Of a stretch of DNA of 64,000 nucleotides, positions 18,143-28,157 are shown piece after piece. Origin of the DNA: an uncultured delta proteobacterium (lineage in GTDB: Bacteria; Myxococcota; UBA727; VGSZ01); assembly GCA_963775425.1 (NCBI GenBank), contig CAVZJB010000005.1:448001-512000 (forward strand), written 5' to 3'. A program made the translations under genes and the position numbers. The notes below the pieces were generated by a model. It searched no databases. It had not been told where the DNA came from and worked only from the letters and a program-made list of their open reading frames with translations. The first letter of the stretch is position 1. Every line of letters starts with the position of its first letter.

Positions 18143-19165
18143 ATGAGCTCACTTGAAGGCAATCCGATCGATCAACTCGATGAAGTCCTGTTGGAGCCCG
18201 TCGGGCGCCGCGGCTACGCCGACTTCGACTACCCATGGCCGGCGCCGGCCGTCCCCACCGCCGCCGCGCTGGAAGCGGACGCCCGTGCGTGGGCGGTGCG
18301 TTTCGGTCTGGTGCAGGTGGCGGAGCTGCCTCGGCGCTTCGACCCGGTCAACGTCGGCCTGCTGACGGCGCTCAGCTACCCGGGCGCGCCGGCCAAGCGC
18401 CAGCACCTGATCGCGGAGCTGCTCGCCTGGATCTTCATCCAGGACGACGTCTACGACGACGCCGTCGCGTCCCACGATCCCGAGCTGCTGCACACGGTGC
18501 TCTCGGAGTACGTCGCGGTGCTCCGCGGCGCCGAGCCGGGACCGCGGGCGGGCGCGGCCAGCGTCGCGCTGGCGTCGCTGCGTGACCGAATCAACGCCGT
18601 CGCCGATCCCGCCTGGATGGATTGGTTCTGCGAATCCATGCGCGGCTTCTGGCTGGAGGGCATCGTCGCCGAGACGCGCATCCGCTCGCTCGACATCACG
18701 CCCGACGTGACCACCTACCTCCGTATGCGGGTGCACTCCATCGGCGTGCTTCCGTTCCTCGACCTCGTCGAGCTCGCCCACGGGTTCGCCTTGCCGCGCG
18801 TCGTGTGCGGCGACCCGACGATGATGAAGCTCCGCCTGCGGACGGCGCGCATCATCGCCTACGCGAACGACGTCTTCTCCTACGAGAAGGAGCGCCGCGC
18901 GGGCGATCCGAACAACCTCGTGCACGTCCTGCGGCACCACGACGGCTACTCGATCGCCGGCGCCGTCGACCGCGTCGTGCGCCTGCACGATCGCGAGCTC
19001 GAGCTGTTCCGGCGCGAGGCCGCGTCCACGCCGTTCGCCGGGATCCCGCACGTCGGCGACTTCCTCGAAGGGCACCGCGCGTGGATGCGCGGCGCCCTCG
19101 ATTGGCAGCGCATGTCGCGACGCTACACGACGGGCCGCGAGCTGCTCGACCAAGGGGCGCAATAG
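18143..19165 (+). CDS. Class I terpene synthase
   Basis: DDVYD motif, YLRMR pyrophosphate-sensor region, NSE triad NDVFSYEKE, WQRMSRRY. Confidence 0.93.
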   Translation: MSSLEGNPIDQLDEVLLEPVGRRGYADFDYPWPAPAVPTAAALEADARAWAVRFGLVQVAELPRRFDPVNVGLLTALSYPGAPAKRQHLIAELLAWIFIQDDVYDDAVASHDPELLHTVLSEYVAVLRGAEPGPRAGAASVALASLRDRINAVADPAWMDWFCESMRGFWLEGIVAETRIRSLDITPDVTTYLRMRVHSIGVLPFLDLVELAHGFALPRVVCGDPTMMKLRLRTARIIAYANDVFSYEKERRAGDPNNLVHVLRHHDGYSIAGAVDRVVRLHDRELELFRREAASTPFAGIPHVGDFLEGHRAWMRGALDWQRMSRRYTTGRELLDQGAQ

Positions 19166-19167
19166 CG

Positions 19168-20106
19168 ATGTTCTCCCTCGCACGCCCCACGGCAGGGGAC
19201 GCCGGCGCCCCGCAGCCGGCGCCGGCCGACGACATCGCCGCGCGCACGAACGCCGCGCTCGGCCGCGCCCTCGACGAGCACGCCGATGTCGACGGCACGC
19301 GGCCGCCGGCGTCGCTCCTCGAGGCCATGCGCTACGGCCTCCTCGCCGGCGGGAAGCGGCTGCGCCCGACGCTCGTCATCGAGAGCGCCCGCGCGGCGGG
19401 CCGGGTCTCCCTCGACGAGGCGCTCGAGCTCGCGGGGCCGGCGGCGCTGGCCGTCGAATACGTGCACACCTATTCGTTGATCCACGACGACCTCCCGGCC
19501 CTCGACAACGACACGCTCCGCCGCGGCCGGCCCACGATGCACATCCAGTTCGACGAGGCGACCGCGATCCTCGCCGGCGACGCGCTCCTGAGCGACGCCT
19601 TCGGCCTGGTGGCGCGCGCCCGGCACAACGCCGCCCGGCAGGTGCTCGAGCTGTCGTCCGCCGTCGGCAGCGCCGGCATGGTCGGCGGCCAGGTCGACGA
19701 CCTCGCGAGCGAGGGCGCCGCGCCGGACAGCGTCGACCTCCCCGCCATCCACCGCAGGAAGACGGGCAGGCTCTTCGTCGCCTCCTGCGTGCTCGGCGCG
19801 CTCTCCGCGGACGCGCCGGAGGATGTCGTGGCGATGCTCCGGGACTACGGCGCCGCGCTTGGGCTGGCCTTCCAGATCGCCGACGACGTCATCGATGCGA
19901 CGTCGACGGAGGCGCACGCGGGCAAGAACGTCGGGCGCGACGCCGAGCGGCAAAAGCCCACGTACCCGAGCCGCTTCGGCGTGAAGGCCGCGCGCGCCAT
20001 GGCCGTCGCGGCGTCGGAGCGCGCCGCCGGCCTGGTGAGCGCGCTCGGCGAAGCCGGCGACACCCTCGCGGCGCTCGCGCGCTTCGCCGCGCACCGGGAT
20101 CGCTGA
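19168..20106 (+). CDS. ispA: Short-chain polyprenyl diphosphate synthase (FPP/GGPP synthase, IspA-like)
   Basis: GGKRLRP, YSLIHDDLPALDND...RRG, GMVGGQ, KTG, FQIADD, GRD. Confidence 0.9.
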   Translation: MFSLARPTAGDAGAPQPAPADDIAARTNAALGRALDEHADVDGTRPPASLLEAMRYGLLAGGKRLRPTLVIESARAAGRVSLDEALELAGPAALAVEYVHTYSLIHDDLPALDNDTLRRGRPTMHIQFDEATAILAGDALLSDAFGLVARARHNAARQVLELSSAVGSAGMVGGQVDDLASEGAAPDSVDLPAIHRRKTGRLFVASCVLGALSADAPEDVVAMLRDYGAALGLAFQIADDVIDATSTEAHAGKNVGRDAERQKPTYPSRFGVKAARAMAVAASERAAGLVSALGEAGDTLAALARFAAHRDR

Positions 20107-20235
20107 GCCCGGATCCGGGCAGGCCGGGGAAAACCCTTGAAGAATCAGGATATTGCGGCGACAGATCGCCGCCGTTCGACCGGTGAAGGGAAATGTAGGC
20201 GGGGCCGCCGATAATCGCCTCAACAGGAGGCTCCG

Positions 20236-21081
20236 ATGCCGGTCACGCTCTCAAACGACTCTCTCTCCCGCGCGCGCAACGCCTACCGCACGATCGAGCG
20301 AGAGGCGTCGGGGCCGACCAGCGAGCGGGACGAGAAGGAGATCGTCGCTGCGCTGCAGGGGCTGACGCCCACGGAGCGCGGCGAGGTCGTCCGGCTCATC
20401 AACTCGGGCTCGGACCCCATCACCACCGAGCACCTGCTCAACCACGACATCGACGACCCGGCGCTCCGCTCCACCGCCGCGCGGCTCATCCGCGAGGCCG
20501 ACGGGTTCTCCCGCGTGCCCGGCAACAGCATCATCAGCGACGTCGACAAGACGGTCCTCGACGGCGCCGGCCACCAGTACCCCGGCGTGCGCTCGCTGTA
20601 CGAGGCGCTCGGCGGCGGCGAGGGCAGCAACACGCACATCGTGAGCGCGCGCCCGCTGTCGTTCCTCTTGCCCACGGAGTTCGAGCTGCACGAGCTGCCG
20701 CACAACTCCGTGAACTACGGCAGGACGATCCCGTCGTTCTTCTCGCTGTTCGGCAGCCTCGACGGGATCATGAAGGAGAAGGTGAAGGACTGCCTCTCCG
20801 TGTTCGCCAGAAACCCCGAACGCACCTTCACGCTCGTCGGCGACACCGCCCAATCGGATCCGGCCGTGTACCGCGAGGTGCTGCGGCAAAAGCCCGAGCA
20901 GGTCGGGCTCATCCTCATCCACGAGGTCGACGGCCACGCCGCCCCCGCCGACCTCAAGAACGATCCGCACGTCGTCTGCTTCAGCGACTACGCCGACGCC
21001 GCCCGCAAGCTGGCCGCGCGCGGAGACATCACGCCGGAGCAGATGAACAAGGTGCTCGACGACGTCGCCGCCGGCCGCTGA
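20236..21081 (+). CDS. App1-like (HAD-type) lipid phosphatase
   Basis: IISDVDKT (DxDxT), YPGV, IVSARP, LVGDTAQSD. Confidence 0.75.
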   Translation: MPVTLSNDSLSRARNAYRTIEREASGPTSERDEKEIVAALQGLTPTERGEVVRLINSGSDPITTEHLLNHDIDDPALRSTAARLIREADGFSRVPGNSIISDVDKTVLDGAGHQYPGVRSLYEALGGGEGSNTHIVSARPLSFLLPTEFELHELPHNSVNYGRTIPSFFSLFGSLDGIMKEKVKDCLSVFARNPERTFTLVGDTAQSDPAVYREVLRQKPEQVGLILIHEVDGHAAPADLKNDPHVVCFSDYADAARKLAARGDITPEQMNKVLDDVAAGR

Positions 21082-21111
21082 TCAAGCGCGGCCGCTGATC
21101 AGCGACCGTCA
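21079..21111. repeat. REP-like repeat, rearranged copy D
   Basis: tgatcaagcgcggccgct (reverse arm) joined to tgatcagcgacc; both ends are stop codons of convergent genes. Confidence 0.65.
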
Positions 21112-23160
21112 ATCCTGCTCGAGGATCTTGAGCTCCACGCGACGGTTCTTCTCGCGGCCCGCGCGCGTCTTGTTGTCGGCGATGGGCTGGGTCTCGCCGT
21201 AGCCCTGCGACGTCAGGCGCGCGGGGGCGATCCCGTGGTCGACGAGGTAGCGCTCGACGCTGGCGGCGCGGCGCTTGGACAGGTCCATGTTGAAGTCGTC
21301 GGGGCCCTGGCTGTCGGTGTGGCCCTCGACCATCACCTTCTTGATCTCGGTGTGCGCCTTCATCACCGACGCCACCTGGTCGAGCAGGTTGAACGACTGC
21401 CGCTTGATCGTGTCCTTGCCGGTGTCGAAGTACACCGTCTGCTTCAGCTCGATCTTCTCCTTGGTCACGATGACCAGGGTCTTGCCCTTGTCGGGGCAGC
21501 CGTCGGTGTCGTCGACGCCGTTGATGGTCTCGGGCTCGTTCGGGCACTTGTCGTCGGGATCGGGGATGCCGTCCTTGTCCGTGTCGGGGCAGCCCTTGAA
21601 GTCGGCGGGCCCGGGCTTGTCGGGGCAGCGGTCGTCGTTGTCGGCGATCTTGTCGCCGTCCTTGTCGGGGCAGCCGTGCAGCTCGACGAGCCCGGCGACG
21701 TCGGGGCACCGGTCGTCCTTGTCCGCCACCGTGTCGCCGTCCTTGTCGGGGCAGCCGTGCGTCGCGGCCGGGCCCGCGTCGTCGGGGCAGGCGTCGTCGG
21801 CGTCGGTGATGCCGTCCTTGTCGCGGTCGGGCGCGGGGCAGCCCGCGAAGGCGGGGTCGCCCGCCTCGTTCGGGCACTTGTCATCCTTGTCGAGCACCGT
21901 GTCGTTGTCGTTGTCGACGTCGGGGCAGCCGTCGGCGTCCTGGAAGCCGTCGTTGTCCTCCGCCTGGTCGGGGCAGTGGTCGGCGCTGTCGGGCAAGCCG
22001 TCGCCGTCGTTGTCGGGGTCGGGGCAGCCGTCGGCGTCCTCGAAGCCGTCCTTGTCCTCGGGATCCTCGGGGCACTTGTCGTCGTCGTCCTGGATGCCGT
22101 CGTGGTCCTTGTCCGTGTCCTCGTGGGCATAGCGGACGCCGGCGAACAGGCGCAGGTCCGGTGAGCCGTAGCCCGGCAGGATGCCCGCGCCGAAGCCGCC
22201 CTCGACGTGGAGCCCCGGGAAGATCTCGTAGCGCGTGCCTGCGGCCCACTCGAGCGGGTTGGTGAGCCGCGCGTCCACCTCGGCGATGCGCTGCTCCTCG
22301 GGCGTGGCGCTCGGGTCCTGGATGAGGCCGAAGGGGTTTCGGTCGGCGGTGGCGCCGAAGAGCTCTGCGAACAGCATGAGGCTGTTCATCTTGCGCGTCA
22401 GCGACGAGAAGTCGTAGCCGACGCCGGCGCGGTAGACGAGCTCGGGGTTGATCTCGAGCGCGCCGAGGTAGCGCACCGGCTGGCGCAGGCGGTACGCGAG
22501 GTTGCCCGCCAGGCGGAAGCCGTAGACGTTCGTCGACAGCGCCACCTCGGGGATGAAGGCGAACTTGCCCGGCCCCTCGCCGAGGTAGCTGTTGCCGTAG
22601 TCGTAGGAGACGCCGCTGCCGCCGAATTTCAAGCCGCCCGCGGTGGGCAGCGTGACGGCGGGGATGATCGCGAGCGAGACGAAGTGCTTGTCCTCGCGCA
22701 GGATGCGCACCTTGGGCGCGATCTTGAGGTCGCCGATGCCGACGCTGGCGAGACCGGAGGAGACGCCGACGGCGTCGGCGAGGTTCTGCTGCACGTCGCC
22801 GCCGACCTGCAGGAACGTGATGGGCAGGTCGACGCCGAGGCTCACGTAGTCGAACAGGCCGATGGTGAACAGGGCGTCGCCGGCGACGCGGTGGGAGACG
22901 ATGTCGCCGACGACGTCGCCGTTGGCGTCGCGGATGACCAGGGGGTTGAGCGCGTAGTTGAGGTCGAGCCCCGTCTGGAAGCCCAGGTGCGTGGGGATGG
23001 AGCCCGACTCCGTGGTGACGAGCCCCTTGTCGTCGATGGCCGGCCGGAAGCGCTCGATGGGCAGCGTGAAGGCGTCGTCGCTCTGGGCGCGCACGGCCGG
23101 GGCGAAGGCGAGCCCCGCACAGAGGGCGCCGAGGGCGGGGAGGGCGGTGCGGAGCGTCAT
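21109..23160 (-). CDS. OmpA-family outer membrane protein with thrombospondin type-3 repeats (TraB-like architecture)
   Basis: Signal peptide, beta-barrel-like N-terminus, many DxDxDG..D..DxCP repeats, C-terminal VEGHTD...LSKRRA...GYGE...NRRVE. Confidence 0.92.
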   Translation of the reverse strand: MTLRTALPALGALCAGLAFAPAVRAQSDDAFTLPIERFRPAIDDKGLVTTESGSIPTHLGFQTGLDLNYALNPLVIRDANGDVVGDIVSHRVAGDALFTIGLFDYVSLGVDLPITFLQVGGDVQQNLADAVGVSSGLASVGIGDLKIAPKVRILREDKHFVSLAIIPAVTLPTAGGLKFGGSGVSYDYGNSYLGEGPGKFAFIPEVALSTNVYGFRLAGNLAYRLRQPVRYLGALEINPELVYRAGVGYDFSSLTRKMNSLMLFAELFGATADRNPFGLIQDPSATPEEQRIAEVDARLTNPLEWAAGTRYEIFPGLHVEGGFGAGILPGYGSPDLRLFAGVRYAHEDTDKDHDGIQDDDDKCPEDPEDKDGFEDADGCPDPDNDGDGLPDSADHCPDQAEDNDGFQDADGCPDVDNDNDTVLDKDDKCPNEAGDPAFAGCPAPDRDKDGITDADDACPDDAGPAATHGCPDKDGDTVADKDDRCPDVAGLVELHGCPDKDGDKIADNDDRCPDKPGPADFKGCPDTDKDGIPDPDDKCPNEPETINGVDDTDGCPDKGKTLVIVTKEKIELKQTVYFDTGKDTIKRQSFNLLDQVASVMKAHTEIKKVMVEGHTDSQGPDDFNMDLSKRRAASVERYLVDHGIAPARLTSQGYGETQPIADNKTRAGREKNRRVELKILEQD

Positions 23161-23247
23161 GAGGCTCTCCGGGGGCGTCGACAGGAACCCGTTTCGCTAC
23201 CATGCTCCGGTGATGCACGTCCAAGAAGCCGCCGCCGGAGTCTCGCC

Positions 23248-26200
23248 GTGACCGCCGCCGTCCTCCCCGAAAAAGCGTCCGCGGGCGCCTCGACCTTTTC
23301 GTTGGCCCACAAGGTTCGCTTCGTCACGGCGGCCTCGCTCTTCGACGGGCACGACGCCGCCATCCAGATCATGCGGCGCGTGCTCCAGCAGGAGGGCGCC
23401 GAGGTCATCCACCTGGGCCATGACCGCTCGGTGGCCGACGTCGTCGACGCGGCCATCGCCGAGGACGCCCAGGGGATCGCCGTGTCCTCGTACCAGGGTG
23501 GGCACGTCGAGTACTTCACCTACATGCTCGAGCGCCTGAAGGCGCGCGGCGCGTCGCACATCCAGGTCTTCGGCGGCGGCGGCGGCGTCATCGTCCCCGA
23601 GGAGATCAAGCTGCTGCACGAGCGCGGCGTGGCCCACATCTTCTCACCCGAGGACGGCAGGAAGCTCGGGCTCGTCGGCATGATTCGCCAGATGCTGGCG
23701 GCGTGCGACCACGTGCCCGGCCCGATGCTCGCGCGGGTCCCCGAGGCGCTGTCGCCGGACAACCCCGGCGTCATCGCGCGCGCCATCACCACCCTGGAGC
23801 TCGCCCACGACGAGGGCGCCTCGCCCGAGGTGCGCCAGGCGGCCCTCACGCTGCGCGCGGACCTCGAGCAGAAGGCCAAGGCGCAGGCGAGCGCACACCT
23901 GCGGCCGCCGATCATCGGCTTCACGGGCACCGGCGGCGCCGGCAAGAGCTCGCTCATCGACGAGGTGCTCCTGCGCTTCCTCGAGGCGTTCCCCGAAAAG
24001 ACCGTCGCCGTCCTCTCGGTGGATCCCAGCCGTCGCAAGAGCGGCGGCGCCCTCCTCGGCGACCGCATCCGCATGAACGCCGCGGGCGCGCGCTTCGGCG
24101 CGCAGGGCCCGCAGGGCAAGGAGCGCGTCTACCTGCGCTCCATGGCCACGCGGCGCGCGAACCTGGCGACGTCGGCGGCGGTGAAGGAGGCGCTGTCGTT
24201 GCTGCAGCTCGCCGGCTTCGACCTCGTCATCCTCGAGACCGCCGGCATCGGCCAGAGCGACAGCGAGGTGGCGGACCTCGTCGACACGTCGGTCTACGTG
24301 ATGACCCCCGAGTACGGGGCGCCGAGCCAGCTCGAGAAGATCGACATGCTCGACTTCGCCGACCTCGTCGTCATCAACAAGTTCGACAAGCGTGGCGCCC
24401 TCGATGCCCTGCGCGACGTGCGCAAGACCTACCAGCGGAACCACAAGCTGTTCGACACGCCGGTGGACCAGCTCCCGGTGTTCGGCACGGCGGCGCACCG
24501 CTTCCACGACAAGGGCACCAACGCCTTCTTCAACGCCCTGTTCGCGCGCGTCGCGCGGGGGGCGTCACAGGGCCCGTGGACGTTCGCGCCGCTCGAGGAG
24601 GGGCCGGCGGCGACGGACTCGCTCATCCCCGCCGGGCGCACGCGCTACCTTGGCGACATCGCGGAGACGTCGAGGCGCCGGCGCAGGCTCGTCGAGGACC
24701 AGGCGCTGCTCGCGGAGCGGGCGCACGCGTGCAAGCGCGCGGCGGACGAGCTGCCCGAGGGGGAGCGCGCCCCGCTGTTGAAGCGCCACGAGGAGCTCGT
24801 GAAGGAGATGGCGCCCGAGGCGCGCGCCGTCCTCGAGGGCTGGGACGCGATGGTCGACGGCTTCTCCGCGCCGGTGCACAGCTACACCGTGCGCGGCAAG
24901 AAGATCGACGTCGACAACTACACGGAGAGCCTCTCGCACAACAAGATCCCCAAGGTGGCGCTGCCGGCGCACGCCGACTGGGGCGCGCGGGTGCGCTTCG
25001 GCATGAAGGAGAACGCGCCGGGCGCCTTCCCCTTCACCGCCGGCGTGTTCCCGTACAAGCGCACCGGCGAGGACCCCACGCGCATGTTCGCCGGCGAAGG
25101 CACGCCGGAGCGCACCAACCGCCGCTTCCACTACGTGTCGCAGGGTCAGCCCGCGGTGCGGCTGTCCACGGCGTTCGACTCCGTCACGCTCTACGGGCAG
25201 GACCCGGCGGTGCGCCCGGACATCTACGGCAAGGTCGGCAACTCGGGCGTGTCCGTGTGCAGCCTCGACGACGCCAAGCGGCTCTACTCGGGCTTCGATC
25301 TCTGCGCGCCGAGCACGTCGGTGTCGATGACCATCAACGGCCCCGCGCCCACGATGCTCGCGTTCTTCCTGAACGCCGCCATCGACGCCGCCGTCGAGCG
25401 CCGGCTGCGCAAGGACGGCTCGTGGCCCGAGGTGGATGCACGCATCGCGGCGTGGTTCAAGGAGCGCGGCATCGAGCGGCCGCGCTACCGGGGGGAGCTG
25501 CCGCCCGGCCACGACGGGATGGGCCTCGGCTTCCTCGGGCTCTCCGCCGACGCCGTCGTCGACAAGCCGCTCTACGACGAGGTCAAGGCCGGCGTCTTGC
25601 GCACCGTGCGCGGCACCGTGCAGGCCGACATCCTCAAGGAAGATCAGGCGCAGAACACCTGCATCTTCTCCGCCGAGTTCGCGCTGCGCATGATGGGCGA
25701 CGTGCAGCAGTACTTCGTCGACCACGACGTCAAGAACTTCTACAGCGTGAGCATCAGCGGCTACCACATCGCCGAAGCCGGGGCCAACCCGGTGACGCAG
25801 CTCGCGTTCACGCTCTCCAACGGCTTCACCCTCGTCGAGTACTATCGAGCGCGCGGGATGAAGGTCGACGACTTCGCGCCCAACCTCTCCTTCTTCTTCA
25901 GCAACGGGCTCGACCCGGAGTACGCCGTCATCGGCCGCGTGGCGCGGCGCATCTGGGCCGTCGCCATGCGCGACCTCTACGGCGCCGGCGAGAGGTCGCA
26001 GAAGCTCAAGTACCACATCCAGACGTCGGGCCGGTCGCTGCACGCGCAGGAGATGGCGTTCAACGACATCCGCACCACGCTGCAGGCGCTCTACGCCATC
26101 GCCGACAACTGCAACTCGCTCCACACCAACGCCTACGACGAGGCCGTCACCACGCCCACCGAAGAGAGCGTGCGGCGCGCCATCGCCATCCAGCTCGTCA

Positions 26201-26709
26201 TCAACCGCGAGCTCGGCATGATGAAGAACGAGAACCCGCTGCAGGGCTCGGCGTTCATCGAGATGCTCACCGACCTCGTCGAGGAGGCGGTGCTCGCGGA
26301 GTTCGAGGCCATCGACGCGCGCGGCGGCGTGCTCGGCGCCATGGAGTCCATGTACCAGCGCGGCAAGATCCAGGACGAGAGCCTCTACTACGAGCAGAAG
26401 AAGCTCTCCGGTGAGCTGCCCATCGTGGGCGTGAATACCTTCCTGCCGCACGACGAGAGCGACCTCGTGAAGGAGACCGCGCTCATCCGCTCGTCCGACG
26501 ACGAGAAGCAGGCGCAGATCGACGAGGTCACCGCGCTTCACGATCGCTTCCCCAAGGCGCGCGAGGAGGCCTTGCGGAACCTGAAGGAGACGGCGCGCAC
26601 GGGGGGCAACGTCTTCGGCGCCCTCATGGAGGCGGTGAAGACGTGCTCGTTGGGCTCCATCAGCCAGGCGCTGTTCGACGTCGGGGGCGCGTACCGGAGG
26701 AGCATGTGA
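23248..26709 (+). CDS. icmF: Fused isobutyryl-CoA mutase/GTPase IcmF
   Basis: AASLFDGHDA B12 domain, GTGGAGKSS GTPase, EDPTRMFAGEG, RLSTAFDSVTLYG, ends GAYRRSM. Confidence 0.96.
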   Translation: MTAAVLPEKASAGASTFSLAHKVRFVTAASLFDGHDAAIQIMRRVLQQEGAEVIHLGHDRSVADVVDAAIAEDAQGIAVSSYQGGHVEYFTYMLERLKARGASHIQVFGGGGGVIVPEEIKLLHERGVAHIFSPEDGRKLGLVGMIRQMLAACDHVPGPMLARVPEALSPDNPGVIARAITTLELAHDEGASPEVRQAALTLRADLEQKAKAQASAHLRPPIIGFTGTGGAGKSSLIDEVLLRFLEAFPEKTVAVLSVDPSRRKSGGALLGDRIRMNAAGARFGAQGPQGKERVYLRSMATRRANLATSAAVKEALSLLQLAGFDLVILETAGIGQSDSEVADLVDTSVYVMTPEYGAPSQLEKIDMLDFADLVVINKFDKRGALDALRDVRKTYQRNHKLFDTPVDQLPVFGTAAHRFHDKGTNAFFNALFARVARGASQGPWTFAPLEEGPAATDSLIPAGRTRYLGDIAETSRRRRRLVEDQALLAERAHACKRAADELPEGERAPLLKRHEELVKEMAPEARAVLEGWDAMVDGFSAPVHSYTVRGKKIDVDNYTESLSHNKIPKVALPAHADWGARVRFGMKENAPGAFPFTAGVFPYKRTGEDPTRMFAGEGTPERTNRRFHYVSQGQPAVRLSTAFDSVTLYGQDPAVRPDIYGKVGNSGVSVCSLDDAKRLYSGFDLCAPSTSVSMTINGPAPTMLAFFLNAAIDAAVERRLRKDGSWPEVDARIAAWFKERGIERPRYRGELPPGHDGMGLGFLGLSADAVVDKPLYDEVKAGVLRTVRGTVQADILKEDQAQNTCIFSAEFALRMMGDVQQYFVDHDVKNFYSVSISGYHIAEAGANPVTQLAFTLSNGFTLVEYYRARGMKVDDFAPNLSFFFSNGLDPEYAVIGRVARRIWAVAMRDLYGAGERSQKLKYHIQTSGRSLHAQEMAFNDIRTTLQALYAIADNCNSLHTNAYDEAVTTPTEESVRRAIAIQLVINRELGMMKNENPLQGSAFIEMLTDLVEEAVLAEFEAIDARGGVLGAMESMYQRGKIQDESLYYEQKKLSGELPIVGVNTFLPHDESDLVKETALIRSSDDEKQAQIDEVTALHDRFPKAREEALRNLKETARTGGNVFGALMEAVKTCSLGSISQALFDVGGAYRRSM

Positions 26710-28157
26710 CGTCCCGAAGCGCGACGCGGGGACCCCTCGGGCGAGCCGGCGCCTTGCACCTCGCGCTCCTCTCGTTGGCGGCGTCGGCGGCGCACGCGGG
26801 GTCCAAGGACTACGCCGTGGCCACCGTCGCGATCGCCGCCGACGGGCAGAGCGCGCAGGCGGCCGTGCGCGTGGGCCACATCGCCAAGGAGACGTTCGCG
26901 CAGCAGCCGGACGCGTCGTTGCTCGACCTCGAGAAGGTCCTCGAGGGCGCGGAGCCTCTGTGGAAGGACAAGCTCGCCGCCGCCGAGGCCGCTGCGCGCA
27001 AGGGAAAGACCGCCATGGACTCGGTGGAGCTCCCCGTGGCCGCCGACGCGTTCGCCGAGGCCATGGTCGCGTACGAGCAAGCCGTCCCCGGGCTCAAGGA
27101 CATCAACGCCGTGCGCGACACCCTCGTGCAGCAGGGCACCGTCCTGGTGCTTCAGGGCGACACGCGCTCGGGCAAGGAGGCGTTCTTCCGCGCGCTCACG
27201 CTCGACCCCGGCTACCGCATGGAGGAGGAGGGCACCAACAAGCGGGTGCTGTCCACGTTCGACGCGGCGGTGAAGACGCAGCGCAAGGCGGGTCAGGGCA
27301 CGCTCACGGTGTACGCGTCGAGCGGCGCCGCCGAGGTGTGGATCGACGGCGTGTTCCGCGGCGTCGCGCCGTTCACCGCCGACGTCTCCGCCGGCCGCCA
27401 CTACGTGCGCGTGGTGCGCGACGGTTACCTGTCCTGGGGCACGGCGGCCGAGGTCAAGCGCGGCAGCGAGGTCAGCGTTCAGGCGAGCCTGCGCCCCACC
27501 GCCAGGCTGCCCAAGCTCGAGGAGCTGTCGGCGCGCGTCACCCGTGAGCAGGAGAGCGACAAGCCCATCGCGGAGCTGGCGGCGGCGCTCAAGGTCGACC
27601 GGCTCGTCGCCATCGTCGTCAAGGATCAAAACGGCTCCGCGTCGCTCATCGCCACCATGGTGGACGGCGTGTCCGCCAAGGTCATCGCGCGCGCCAACAA
27701 GGTGTTCGCCACCGGCGACACCTTCTTCGACCACGACGTCCACAACTTCCTCGTCGACAAGATCATCCACGGTGAGGGGGCGGCGCCCGAGGAGTACGTG
27801 CCGGTGAAGCCCAAGAAGCCCGACGACAAGACCTCCATGCTCCCCGGCGAGGCCGAGAAGGTGGAGACGCCGGGCGCCGTCATCGGCGGTTGGGTGCTCA
27901 CCGGCAGCGGCGCGGCGCTCGCCGTCAACTCCGTCGTCTTCGGCATCATCAGCTACACGCTCTTCGACGATTACCGAAACAAGCTGAAGACGCAGCTCGA
28001 TCCCAACCTCGAGCCCGTGCGCAGCGCCTGGCTGACGACGTCCATCGTCACGGACGCCTCATGGATCCTCGGCGCCGCCGCCATCGCCGGCGGCACCGTC
28101 GCGCTCGTCAACGGCTACTCCGAGCAGGCGGCGCAGGAGGAGGTGTTGAACCCATGA
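26706..28157 (+). CDS. PEGA-domain protein with TPR-like helices
   Basis: GTLTV...GAAEVWIDG...GVAP...GRHYVRV..DGY; signal peptide; hydrophobic C-terminus. Confidence 0.85.
   Translation: MTSRSATRGPLGRAGALHLALLSLAASAAHAGSKDYAVATVAIAADGQSAQAAVRVGHIAKETFAQQPDASLLDLEKVLEGAEPLWKDKLAAAEAAARKGKTAMDSVELPVAADAFAEAMVAYEQAVPGLKDINAVRDTLVQQGTVLVLQGDTRSGKEAFFRALTLDPGYRMEEEGTNKRVLSTFDAAVKTQRKAGQGTLTVYASSGAAEVWIDGVFRGVAPFTADVSAGRHYVRVVRDGYLSWGTAAEVKRGSEVSVQASLRPTARLPKLEELSARVTREQESDKPIAELAAALKVDRLVAIVVKDQNGSASLIATMVDGVSAKVIARANKVFATGDTFFDHDVHNFLVDKIIHGEGAAPEEYVPVKPKKPDDKTSMLPGEAEKVETPGAVIGGWVLTGSGAALAVNSVVFGIISYTLFDDYRNKLKTQLDPNLEPVRSAWLTTSIVTDASWILGAAAIAGGTVALVNGYSEQAAQEEVLNP

Noticed and set aside
21490-22120. 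Periodic repeats resembling an array
   Set aside because: They encode TSP3 repeats of the OmpA protein; no repeat-spacer structure and no cas genes, so not CRISPR
23161-23247. Cobalamin riboswitch before icmF
   Set aside because: Gap too short and no B12-box seen
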